Shown here: positions 37,687 through 49,960 of the stretch, in pieces
Numbering within the stretch: the first letter of the stretch is position 1
Layout of the letters: the number at the start of each line of letters is the position of its first letter
Source of the DNA: Octopus vulgaris
Lineage: Eukaryota
Direction of reading: 5' to 3'
DNA length: 64,000 bases
NCBI GenBank assembly: GCA_951406725.2
Contig: OX597824.1
Coordinates: forward strand, 37,510,001 to 37,574,000
Translations under genes and position numbers: made by a program
The notes under the pieces: model-generated
What the model was told of the DNA's origin: nothing
Database searches by the model: none
The model's input: only the letters and a program-made list of their open reading frames with translations

Positions 37687-38702
37687 ATATAATGGGGAGG
37701 AGGTTAGAACGAACTGATGGATGGATGAATGGATATATCATCATCATCATCATCATCATCATCATCGTCATTGTCGTTGTCATATTCATCATCATCATCA
37801 TATTCTTCTTCTTCTTCTTCTTCTTCTTCTTCTTCTTCTTCTTCTTCTTCTTCTTCTTCTTCTTCTTCTCCCCCTCTCCAATCCTCTCACCACCATCATC
37901 ACCACGAACAATAAAGAAAAATAACACTTACTGTTAATAAAGTACGAAAGATGACATTGACTGTGCCATCCGTCACCCACCGTGTCACCAATGACCGTGC
38001 CACTTATGACAGTGCCGCTATGAGAACGCCGTCCATTTATGAGAGCGCCATCCATACTGCAACTGTGATGATGCTTGATCTAAGAAATACAGACATGGAA
38101 ATCTGTATTGAAATAATGATAACCTTTTCCAAATCCTGACAGCATTTGCTTTTGCAGAATTCCTCGCAATATTGCAGTGTTTGATGTTTAGAGACTGTTT
38201 GCTTGAAATAACCTCGATAGTCTTCAATGCCCCCTCCCCCCATTCGCTACCATCCGTCTCCATGTTCCATTATTAATGATTACCATGGTTACAATACAAT
38301 GGAAACATCTCAAATGCTTCCTCCTCAGACATTAGCTTGATTATTGTTATCAGGAAGTCTCCACTTATGTCTATCAATAGCTCAAGTAGATGCACAATTT
38401 GATGGTTGATGGCTGTTATTAACAGTCAATAAGATTGATTCAACCAACAGCTAAAATAAACTAAAGCTACTTCTGCAGCCAATTGAACTATTTGTAATTT
38501 AACATCAATAGCATTGACTGACAAGTGATTCGGTAAACAGTGGGAGCGCTATATAATTTAGGAGTGCTGAGTTCATGTCCAGTTTTTCCGGTTCTAATTG
38601 TCTTGGTCTGCTATGCTTTCATTTGATCCAGGTCCAATTTCAGGAATTGCGTGCAATAAAGCACTCCAGTCATTTAAACTCATTACTTATACATATTTAG
38701 TA

Positions 38703-39224
38703 CCGTAAATCCTCGAGTATAATCCGCATTTTTGCCCCAAAATTTAATGGTCAAAATCCCTAGTGCGTACTATATACGAGGTTAAAAATGAAAAATATTT
38801 TCTAAGCAATGTTCGAGCTTCTATTTGCTGTCTGGCAATGTTTATTCAGACGCATTTTGTGATATCGGGCGCGAAAATACCTTAAGCTAAGCCTGAAAGC
38901 AATGAAGTCATAAAAGAATCATCCATAACTTGCAGTAAGCAACATTTATTAAAATAAAAATATTCAGAACACTGAATAACATATAACAAAAACAATTTGC
39001 GAACATATTTACATTCCCATATAACAGTTAAGAACATCACCATTATTGTATTACGCATGCGTGGAAGTGTTTGTTCGATTAGGTGCTGCTGGCTTAATTA
39101 CGCACGACTCAAGTTAGAGAAGGGATGCCTATTACACACAAGGTTTAGGTTTTTCAGAGGTACAGCCCCCTAAAAATCCCCTGCGTATTATACTCAAGGG
39201 CGGACTATACTCGAAAATTTACGG
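38703..39224. mobile_element. pogo/Tigger-like MITE
   Basis: TA-CCGTAAATCCTCGAGTATAATCCGC ... GCGGACTATACTCGAAAATTTACGG-TA. Confidence 0.8.
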
Positions 39225-39387
39225 TAGTTCCCATGACAATTATTACCTATCATCCGCCGTGAATTCAATAAATTCGCCATTTAAAAGCGGTTTGAGTTTT
39301 ACTATGTTAGTTTTACATTGTAATATCGAGTTTATTAACAGAAGCAGTATAATGTACCAATCCTTAGACAGGAACAAGTATCGTGTA

Positions 39388-39806
39388 AGGCGGCGAGCTG
39401 GCAGAAACGTTATCACGCCGGGCGAAATGCTTAGCCGTATTTTGTCTGCCGTTACGTTCTGAGTTCAAATTCCGCTAAGGTCGACTTTGCTTTTCATCCT
39501 TTCGGTGTCGATTAAATAAGTACCTGTTGCGCACTGGGGTCGATATAATCGACTTAATCCGTTTGTCTGTCCTTGTTTGTCCTCTCTGTGATTAGCCCCT
39601 TGTGGGTAGTAAAGAAATAGGTATTTCGTCTGCCATTGCGTTCTGAGTTCAAATTCCGCCGAGGTCGACTTTGCCTTTCATCCTTTCGGGGTCGATAAAT
39701 TAAGTACCAGTTACGCACTGGGGACGATGTAATCGACTTAATCCGTTTGTCTGTCCTTGTTTGTCCCCTCTATGTTTAGCCCCTTGTGGGCAGTAAATAA
39801 ATAAGA
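39388..39806 (+). mobile_element. SINE family B dimer with 15-bp TSD
   Basis: AACAAGTATCGTGTA at 39373-39387 and 39807-39821. Confidence 0.9.
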
Positions 39807-40399
39807 AACAAGTATCGTGTACTTAGAAACGAATTCGGGTTTTCCTCCAGTGTTCGTTTGATATGCAAATGAAATAAATGTAACAACACATTGTTTTCTT
39901 TAATGTATACAAGATCCATATTATTACTGTCACGCAATGAGTCCATTTACGGCTGTAGTAGAAATGGTCGAGTAATAATCAATGTTATGTCTTTGTTCTA
40001 TAAACTGATAATATTTCCCATCTATTAAATAGTAATTTAGTTTCTATTCAAACTATTCGTACGATATAAAGCTTCCAATACTTGGGTTCTTTCAAGGGAA
40101 AATCTCTCCTATTTGTTATATTTGTTATCAACATTACCATGCAGTTCTGTTGCTGATTGATGACGGACTGATTAGTGAAGCAACTCCAGTTTAAATAAAT
40201 TTGAATTATGTTGTGACAACTGAGCGAGGCGATAACGCAGGATCAGACGACCGACCGACCGACCGACAAACCGGCTGACTAGAAAGCGAACAGTTCACGT
40301 TTGACTTCTGCTGCTTGTTTGTTTGTTTGTTTGTTGAGCGAAGCGGTCTTCGTCCCAGAGCTCGCAAGATCGCGCCTCTGTAGTGGGAGAAGTCCGAAA

Positions 40400-40668
40400 C
40401 GTGGTCCTTTGCTATTTGTAAGACCCGCAGAAGAGAAAGCAGGTCAAGCCCCGACACCGAGAGCATCGACGGATGGATGAATGCGCATCCAGGCTCAGCG
40501 GTTGCGTAGGAAGTCGGGGACAAGAAACAGGAAGAGAGAGTGAGAGAAAGTTGGAGCGAAAGAGTACAACAGAGGTCGCCCCCCCACCTGTTTCGCTCAA
40601 TAAACACACACAACGCCCGGTCTGGGAATCGAGTCCGCTGCCCTAAGCACTGGGCCATTGCGCCTCCA
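40400..40668 (-). mobile_element. SINE with family C head and a different tail
   Basis: Minus strand TGGAGGCGCAATGGCCCAGTG...GATTCCCAGACCGGGCGTTG. Confidence 0.7.
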
Positions 40669-40708
40669 TGATTTCTGCTGCTATACACTCTCCGTGGCTT
40701 ACAAACTA

Positions 40709-41979
40709 TTGGGTTGTCCGGAAAGTTCGTGCCGATTTATAGTAGCTTACCTTTCGGCTTATTTTAGAACATGGTTGAGTCCATAAAATAGGGTTTGACT
40801 ACACCTCCATTTAGAGCACAGTTTAAGCTATATTTTCGTGAAAGAAGGGTTATGTTCCTATTACCTATGTTAATTCTGTAGCCCTTTAAAATGGAAGATA
40901 AGAAAGTTCATTTTCGGCACTTGATGTTTTACTTTTTTCGTAAAGGGAAAAATGCCTCACAAGCAACCAAAGAAATATGCGCAGTTTACGGTGATGTTTC
41001 TTTATTCGAAAGAACTGTACGGAAGTAGTTCGCAAGGTTCTGAGCTGGAGATTGTAGCCTTATTGATAAAGAGCGATCAGGCAGACCATCCACTACAGAC
41101 GATGACCAAATCAAGTGATTAATTGAGAATAACCCACATTGCACAACCCATGAATTGGCAGAAAGCCTCAACCTATCAAAATCCGTTGTTCATGAGCACA
41201 TGGTAAAGCTTGGGTACACAAATCGCTACGATGTTTGGGTACCACATGAGTTGAGTGAGAAGAACCTTTTGGATCGCATTTCCATCTTTATAAACGGAAT
41301 GAAAACGGGCCTTTTTTAAAAGCAAATTGTGACAGGTGATGAGAAATTGATTATCTACCGAAATGTTCAGAGAAAGCGATCCTGGAGTAAGAGATATGAG
41401 CCACACTTAGCCATCCCAAAAGCGGATCTTTACCCTAAAAAAGTCTTGCGTTGTGTCTGATGGGATTGGAAATGAATTCTCTACTATGAGCTTCTCCCAA
41501 GTAACCAGACAATTAATTCTGAGAAATACTGCACACAACTGGACGAGTTAAAAGCAGCAATTCAAGAGAAACGTCCAGAATTTGCCAACAGGGAGTTGTT
41601 TTCCAACATGATAATGCAAGATCGCACGTTTCTTTGGGAACCAGACAAAAATTGCTGCAGCTCGGCTGGGATGTGTTACCCCACCTTCCAAATTCACCAG
41701 ATATTGCTCCTTCGGATTTCCACTTATTCAGGTCTCTACAGAATAGTCTTAATGGTAAAAATTTCAATTCCTTGGATGACGTAAAAAGATAGCTTGATGA
41801 ATTCTTTGCCATGAAACCACCTCAATTCTGGAAAGATGCTATTTTCAAGTTAAAGGAAAGATGGAGACGCATTGTGCAACAAAATGGTTCATATTTGGTT
41901 GATTGAAAATGTAATGGCAAAGATTTATTGATCTTTTTCTTTCCTTTAAAAATCGGCACGAACTTTCCGGACAACCCAA
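40709..41979 (+). mobile_element. Full-length mariner transposon (mellifera-like) with a pseudogenised transposase (about 40891-41906)
   Basis: Perfect 30-bp TIR TTGGGTTGTCCGGAAAGTTCGTGCCGATTT; MEDKKVHFRHLM...WVPHEL...IVTGDE...SPDIAPSDFHLF motifs with in-frame stops and frameshifts. Confidence 0.92.
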
Positions 41980-42995
41980 CAGAATCTCGTTGTATTAACT
42001 TTGAAAAGATGCAGCGCTTAACACATCCTTCTTCAAAGCAGAATATGTTGTCTTTGCCAAATTTTTATATATGTTTATTTTCCTGAAAAAGGTCACTTAA
42101 AAATTTCTAACTGGTACTTGTTTAGCACATGGCTTGAGCTGAGATTGTGAGTTGAAACTGAAGCAGTTATATCATAGAAGAACCATTTAAGAACACTCAA
42201 CCACTGATATGTTCTCTTAACGTTTATTTTTGAGGCGTCAAATTTTTTGTCACATTTCTGCATCCTGGTTAATGAAACAGTTGAACTGTTCCCCTAACGC
42301 TTCTGCCACTTGGTCACTGACGAAATTCTACTGCCCACAGAGAACAATAGGATTGTGTCAATGGCAACACCATCGAGGTGCGACGAAAAATTGACACCTC
42401 AATAAATAAACAATAAATAGAATATTTTTGTAATATTCTTAAATGGCTAATATGATTATATCTACTGTGATAAACCACCATCTCATCATTCTCAGCTCAC
42501 CTGTATATTCTAGTTCAGATTCAGAATACGCCTGAAGGTCGGTGACATAACGATTGCTGTCATAACGATATTGTGTTTGACTCTAACTGAATTCATGGCG
42601 ATAACATCTCTTTTATGGCGCTCTTTTTATTATTTTTTCTATTTCTTTTTCTAAAAATATAGTTTCAGCGATCCATTCCAAGCATTACAAACTGAAACTG
42701 TAAAGATATGAAGAGATGTCACTGCAGAAGTAGAAAAAAATCAATTGAACATTCTAGAAATTCAATAACATGTAAGGTAGAGGTTAATAATTTGTATGTT
42801 TAATATGGAGAGGAACGAAGAAATTAGAGATGTCTCTGAAGAACTGTTGACAACATTGTTAATGAAAATAAGGCAGTGACATGATAAAGGTAATGTTTTG
42901 AGAATGGATGTGAAGAGAGAGGCAACACAAACCTTTGAAATTGGAGAATTTTATAAGAAAAAGTAAAGGAGGTTTTCATTGGAAAAATGAAAGAA

Positions 42996-43021
<26 letters not shown>

Positions 43022-43028
<7 letters not shown>

Positions 43029-43043
43029 GATAGATAGATAGAT

Positions 43044-43120
<77 letters not shown>

Positions 43121-43159
43121 GAAATAGATAGATAGATTGATAGAGAAATAGATAGAGAA

Positions 43160-43211
<52 letters not shown>

Positions 43212-43278
43212 GGAGAGAGAGATGGCAAGAGAGAGAGGGCGAGAGAGAGATAGGGAGAGAGGGAGGGTGAGAGAGGGG

Positions 43279-43320
<42 letters not shown>
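43022..43320. repeat. (GATA)n/(GA)n compound microsatellite
   Basis: Directly visible. Confidence 0.95.
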
Positions 43321-43324
<4 letters not shown>

Positions 43325-43379
43325 AAGCATAGACCAAGTCAAAAGAAATACAAAGGAGGACACAAATCACCTCTCATCT

Positions 43380-43915
43380 GTTATTGGTTGAAGTTCTGAG
43401 AAAAGAATCCCATCATCGATATCGGAGCGATAATATTTAATCGAAATATCAGAACTCGATCGACCGTATGTCGGAAAATGTCCGTTATATATTTGACCGT
43501 GTGTTGGCAAACCGGTTTAATTCCTCATGCGTTAAGTTTTCATGCGGTTAACGTTATGTGATTGTATTCATGAGTGAGTCTGTAATAACGGAAGCCAGTA
43601 TATTACAAGGCAGCTTTCGATTGGTCATTTGGTTTGGATCAATAGGAAATCTTGCTTTAGAGTTATTCACGCTGTTGTCAGCGACATTCGATCTTTTTGA
43701 TGCGAGTCAGTATGTGGTGGTTGTACTTTAGAGCGAATCATCTTGTTAACAGTTTTATTCACGGTTCCCTTCCTTTTGTCAGTTATCCGTAAGTGGGTCT
43801 GCTTGAATTTTGATATATGGTGGCATGTAAAGATAAGTTTACATCTTTTGTTTAGGATTGGAGAAGGGTGACGATTGATATGGAATTCTGAGGTATACGT
43901 CGCAGATCTTGGAAG
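43380..43915 (-). pseudogene. Decayed Penelope-like GIY-YIG endonuclease relic
   Basis: Fragments such as ILNKRCKLIFTCH...QTHLRITD and ASKRSNVADNSVNN resemble the Penelope endonuclease region; heavily degraded. Confidence 0.4.
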
Positions 43916-43939
43916 CGTATCTGTTTGTTTGTGTTTGTT

Positions 43940-44164
43940 TCTTATTTCTTTATTGCCCACAAGAGGCTAAACACAGAGGGGACAGACAAGGGATAAAGTT
44001 AATTACATCGACCCCAGAGCGTAACTGGTACTTAATTTATCGACCCCGAAAGGATGAAAGGCAAAGTCGACCTCGGCGGAATTTGAACTCAGAACGTATC
44101 GGCAGACGAAATACTGCTAAGCATTTCGCCCGGCGTGCTAACGCTTCTGCCAGTTCGCCGCCTT
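43940..44164 (-). mobile_element. SINE family B monomer
   Basis: Intact match to the other copies. Confidence 0.85.
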
Positions 44165-44369
44165 ATTTGTTAGTGTTCTGTCTATGTTTGTTAGTGTTCT
44201 GTCTATGATTTTCCATCTCACGCTTTAGCTTATTCTGACATCTTTTGATTTATAGACATTTCTCAAAAGTGCTCAAACTTTTCAGGTGGTGGTCACTAGC
44301 TGAGCTACTGCGTTATTGTAAGCGGCTTTTGAACGTGTTTTGGTTTTTGTCATCCTGTTGCAGGTTAAG

Positions 44370-45040
44370 GTTTTATAAGAATTTGTACCATCCTGACATC
44401 ACATGGACGCTTCTGCTTGTGCGTGCCAGAAATTTTCCGTATTCTGACGAGGAAATCAAAAGAATGATCTCTACATATTCCGCATAGATTGAGATAAAAT
44501 CGAGATTTTATAATTCAATATACACTCCTGTGATAAAGGCCACTCAGGCCTTTGAAAGGCTAGGCCATGATTTTAAGCACCTCTCTCCTCAACAATATTT
44601 GCTGACCATCGTGGGTGAATTCTCAAGGTTTCCTTTTGATTTCCTATGTGCAGATATGGCTACTGAATCTATTTTTCTCAATTTTTCTTAATTTTTAGAA
44701 TGCCATCAGATATTCATTCCGACCGTGGTATATCTTTTATGTCGAAGGATTTCCAACAATACTTGCACCAACGAGGTATATCCACTAACGCAACTATTTT
44801 TTATAATCCACATGGAATTGGACAAACAGGACGATATAATGGAACAATTTGAAGGATAATAGCACTGGCTCTGAAATCACAACACTTGAAACCCTTGGAA
44901 TAGGAACGAGTTCTGTAAATATTTAAGTGGGCAATCCATCCTTTTACAGCTCTCTTCTCTGGGTAACAAACAAGGTGTTCCTGAAATGTCACAACTGCCA
45001 GAGTAAAAACGACCCTTTATTAGAAGAAGTGGAACTCCTG
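44370..45040 (+). pseudogene. Ty3/Gypsy-like integrase relic
   Basis: HPDIT...VRARNFPYS, YLLTIVGEFSRFPF, IHSDRG.SFMS.DFQQYL, YNPHG.GQ..RYNGTI motifs with stops and frameshifts. Confidence 0.7.
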
Positions 45041-45044
45041 AATG

Positions 45045-45450
45045 TGGTTTCAAATTTTGGCACAAAGCCAGCAACTCTGAGGGAAGGAGTACTTCAATTA
45101 CATCGATCTCCAGTGCTCAACTGGTACTTATTTTATAGACCCCGAAATGATCAAAGGTAAAGTCAACCTTAGTAGAATTTGAACTCAGAATGTAGCGGCA
45201 GACGAAATACCTATTTCTATTTATTTACTACTCACAAGGGGCTAAACACAGAGAGGACAACCAAGGACAGACAAACGGATTAAGTCGATTACATCGACCC
45301 CAGTGCGTAACTGGTACTTAATTTATCGACCCCGAAAGGATGACAAGCAAAGTCGACCTCGGCGGAATTTGAACTCAGAACGTAACGGCAGACGAAATAC
45401 AGCTACGCATTTCGCCCGGCGTGCTAACGTTTCTGCCAGCTCGCCGCCTT
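45045..45450 (-). mobile_element. SINE family B dimer
   Basis: Head at 45450 plus a second body with the alternative tail. Confidence 0.85.
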
Positions 45451-46174
45451 AGGATCAACCCACATATTGACAACAGAAAGGAGCTAAACGCAGCTGATTG
45501 GCTATTATAGTAACGCTGTCCTGCGCATGAAAAGTAACCTTCATATATACACACTTCAAAACAAAGAAGTCAGTTCACAATATGATTTCTTCAAAAATTT
45601 CCTGAAGAAGAGGTCCTAACCTTGAAATATTGAAATACGAAGTATAAGCCATCAGATTATGACATTCCTTAGAACTCGAATCGTTTTGGTTAAAAAAAAA
45701 ATTGAATACACACACATACTCACACACATGTAGATACGCATATGCACATATACAAACACATATAAATACATGCGTCACACAAACGCGTACATAAATGTAT
45801 GTTGAAGTGAGTATCTGATAGAAATATTAAAATTATGAAAGAAAAATATACCAAAGCCGACCATTTCTGCTTACTAGAACATAGGGCGTTATTTCTGTCA
45901 ATGTTATTTCCATTGATTCTGTTCGAAGTGATAAATCTCTTTGTTAACCAAAGGAAGGATTGCCCACTTTCATGCTTGTATCCGAACTTACGAGATATTT
46001 ACTACAATATATTGAAAATGGAAGATGTTTAAGTTTTCTGTATTGTAAATCGTGATTTGTAAAGACATATTCAAACTATGAATAACTTAACGAAAGAATC
46101 AAGTTCTAGTTAATAAAGCATATTTGGTATATCTTTTCAACGGCTAAAGCTACTTACAATGCAATGTATGTCTA

Positions 46175-46390
46175 AGGCGGTGAGCTGGCAAAATCGTTAG
46201 CCAGCCGGGCAAAATGCTTAGCGGCATTTCGTCCGTCTCTACGTTCTGAGTTCAAATTTCGCCGACGTCGATTTTGCCTTTCATTCTTTCGAGGTCGATA
46301 AAATAAATACTAGTTGAGCACTGGGGTCAACCTAATCAATTTATCCCTTCCTCTGAAGTTGCTGGCCTTGTGCCGAAATGTGAAACCAAT
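46175..46390 (+). mobile_element. SINE family B monomer (older tail variant)
   Basis: AGGCGGTGAGCTGGCAAAATCG...GCTGGCCTTGTGCC. Confidence 0.8.
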
Positions 46391-46957
46391 ATAAGATATA
46401 TCTTTCCATAACTAAAGCTACATTTTATCACAACTTCCATTGAAGCAAATATAAAAGCCAGCAGTGAATCGAGAAGTTTAAATTCATTAAAACTACTTCC
46501 GTGGTAAGGAGAAAGAATCATTTGTTGAATTATCAATTTTACTCATAAAAGGTAAGGGAGATAATCTCCTCGAAATTTTAATTTGCTAAAATTAATTAAA
46601 AATAGAAAGTGGTCAATGAATATAATTTTGACAATAGAGTCACGACTCCGGCAATGTTTTGGTTTAATTAAATCCCCTGAGCATAGTTTTACTAATCTTT
46701 ACTTTCTTCGTTTATTACATTAATTATATTAGTACCAACTTTTCCATTTGGTTTTCTTGCGGATGTGCCCCTCGGGGTTTCCCCTTGTATCTTTCTTCAT
46801 CAAAACAAGTTTTTCTTTTGTCAAATATTGAGATTAATAACTGAAGAAAGGAAATGTTTTATTCATATCTCTAAGTTGTTGTTTAGCTCCAGGATAGCTA
46901 AACACATCCTGTCGTTTATTGTAAGGAATATTGTGTTTTGGGATACATTAATCAGTG

Positions 46958-47023
<66 letters not shown>

Positions 47024-47026
<3 letters not shown>

Positions 47027-47335
47027 TGTGTACAGTGCTCAGGTGCACTACAACTCATCTAAAGTGTATATATAATCAGGTGTAGTTTCGGCGGATTTCG
47101 GAAAGCATGAGGGCCTTAAAGGATGCAGTGCCATGGCAGTCAACAACTGACGCAGGCAGTTTATTCCATGCTTCAGCAACTCTGAGCGTGAAAAAATGTT
47201 TCCGAAAGTCATGGGAGCTGTGTTGTTTTCTGACTTTGTAGGCATGTCCACGTGTGTTAGACACATGGAGATCAAAAAGGTGTTCATTGTTGTTGTTGGT
47301 GAGGTGGTTGATAACTTTGTGGGTGTTTACCAAGT
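47024..47335 (-). mobile_element. CR1/L2-like LINE 3' end with AAT-repeat tail
   Basis: TRGHAYKV...FRKHFFTLRVAEAWNKLPASVV is the CR1-type ORF2 C-terminus. Confidence 0.8.
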
Positions 47336-47589
47336 ATCTTTGATTTAAGACGACAAAGGTATGGTTTGAGGAAAATGTGCAGGTCAGTCGGCTTAGAAGC
47401 AACGGCAAGTCAGTTCTGATCAAGTAGGTCTATGATAAAAGGTGTTCTAGCTATGCCTACTTCACCTTCCTGTCTATCTATGACTTCCTTCTCTAATGGG
47501 TCATTTTCGTTTCTGAGATGGTAGTGTGTAATTTGAGGGGTATTTGGTTGATATTTCTAATGATAGAAGGTTTGCTCTTCATTCCGTTG

Positions 47590-47844
47590 AAGAAAACATT
47601 CAAATCGGACCATGTTAACACCAAAAATTATTTACATCAAAAAGGTGCTTTTTTTCTATGAAAATCTCTATTTGTTACGATTCTTTTGCTGCTGTGTCGC
47701 ATTTTTCGGTGTATTTCAACCAGAAAAATGTTCACTTAAAGAGAATAACAAGCTACATAATGCAAAATTTTTACTTTTCAAAAATTCAAATTCTAAAGAG
47801 TCGAAAAGAAAACAAACCCGAGCAAAGCCGGGCTATACTGCTAG
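47590..47844 (+). mobile_element. Helitron-like 3' terminus
   Basis: Subterminal hairpin CCCGAGCAAAGCCGGG followed by CTAG then T; 5' limit uncertain. Confidence 0.5.
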
Positions 47845-48426
47845 TATAAAATAAATTCAAGACCCTTCTGCTTTTTTTAAAGGCAACAGGATGGAATCTG
47901 AGGGAGATTTGAATCTGTTTAGTCATTAGCAGGTGAAGTGAACTCACCAAGTTTCAGATATAGCTCGAATTCTTATAGGTTAGTGATTCAAGAGGCGACA
48001 AGGTTAAAACAAAAAGATTAATAGATCGTAAGCTATCAAGATAAAGATTTTACGCTTCCGGCAACTCGGATCTGACACCGAAAACATTTGTCGATTTTCT
48101 TTCATTATTTTCCTATTTCATTTTATTTATTTTGTCCTTTATATAAGAAATAAACACTTGTCTTGGATAATATTGGTTTTATACAGACGATTGTGTCTTT
48201 GAGGCCTTTAGTTACATTTCTTAACGTTCTGAGTTCAAAAGTCTCTCTATCCCCACCATCACAACCGCCGCCACCACCACATCCCAGGTCGAGTTTACTA
48301 TTCATTCCAAATCGATAAAAAGTATATATTAATGAAATATTGATATAATGTAGTCAGTTCAATAGATGTACCTCCTCTACAAATTTGTCAGAAAGGAAAA
48401 AAAAAAACATTCATTATATTTCCGAT

Positions 48427-48498
<72 letters not shown>

Positions 48499-48500
48499 CA

Positions 48501-48609
<109 letters not shown>

Positions 48610-49392
48610 TGTGTGTGTATGTGATTGCAATCGCATCAAATGCCAATGATTTATTTTACACACGTCTTTGGCATTATAAACTTTGAATTATTAATGTTTC
48701 GTTTTTTTTTTGTGCTCAGAGGTTGATAATTAAACCGTCGCGTCAACAGAGAAATATATATTTCTATAATTAAAGGCGGAGAATGGCACAGCCTAAAGAA
48801 AAGGGGGCGACGCCTGCGATGTGGAAATTATATTCCGAGAGGAAGGCAAATTGTTACGGACAAAATTTACCCAAGACACCGTTTTCATGGCCAGGCTCTC
48901 TTAGGACGTTTCAAATCGATTCTAGTTGAACCTATTCTGCTACTTCAAACACCAGCTACTGCGCAGAACTCCCCCCTTACTGAGGAAACGACAGTAACGA
49001 CAATGGGGAGAATGCCAGACACATAAATGTTTCAGCATTTCCTAACCTTCATTTATGTTCGGCGATGAAATCCCAGCAGGATCGACGCTTCCTATCATCT
49101 TTCGATAATAAAATAATTATGAGTAAATAATATATAAGGTATTTATTCATCCTATTAATTCTATTTCCATCATTTCTATCTTCTTAGCGTTTATTGCCTT
49201 CTTCCTTTGTAAGGAATGATATATACAATAAATTGGTATTGTTACTATAAAATGAACACAAACAAATACACTTACAAAAATGAAACTTTCGTTTCCGGAG
49301 TCAATGATTTGCATGTATAAAAGATTATATTGGGAAAAATGTGTCATCGTCAAAGAAACTTCGAAAACTTCTTTGTTACACATCCATAGAAA

Positions 49393-49960
49393 TTGGTTTC
49401 AAATTCTGGCACTAGGCCAGCAATTTCGGAGGAGGGGGATAAGTAAACACACCAGCATTATATATATATATACGACGGGCTTCTTTCAGTTTCCGTATAC
49501 CAAATCCACTCACAAGGTGCCACGCAGTGGGACCGAACCCGGAACCATGTGGCTGGTAAGCCAGCTATATATATATCTTTGAGCCGTCCTTTTGCTAATG
49601 AACATCGACTCTAGTACTCAACTTGTACTTATTTTATCGACTCCGAAAGGATGAAAAATAAAGTCGACCTCGGTGGTGTTTGAACTCAGAACGGAAAGAC
49701 GGACGAAATGCCGCTATGCATTTTGCTTGGCATCCTAATCTTATTTTTTATTGCCCACAAGGGGCTAAAGATAGAGGGCACAAACAAGGACAGACAAAGG
49801 GATTAAGTCGATTACATCGACCCCAGTGCGTAACTGGTACCTAATTTATCGACCCCGAAAGGATGAAAGGCAAAGGCGACCTCGGCGGAATTTGAACCCA
49901 CAACATAGCGGCAGACGAAATACCTATTTCTTTACTAAGCACAAGGGGCTAAACACTAAG
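49393..49960 (-). mobile_element. Composite of family B SINE bodies with a nested family A fragment (49440-49565)
   Basis: Family-diagnostic motifs of both SINEs. Confidence 0.7.
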
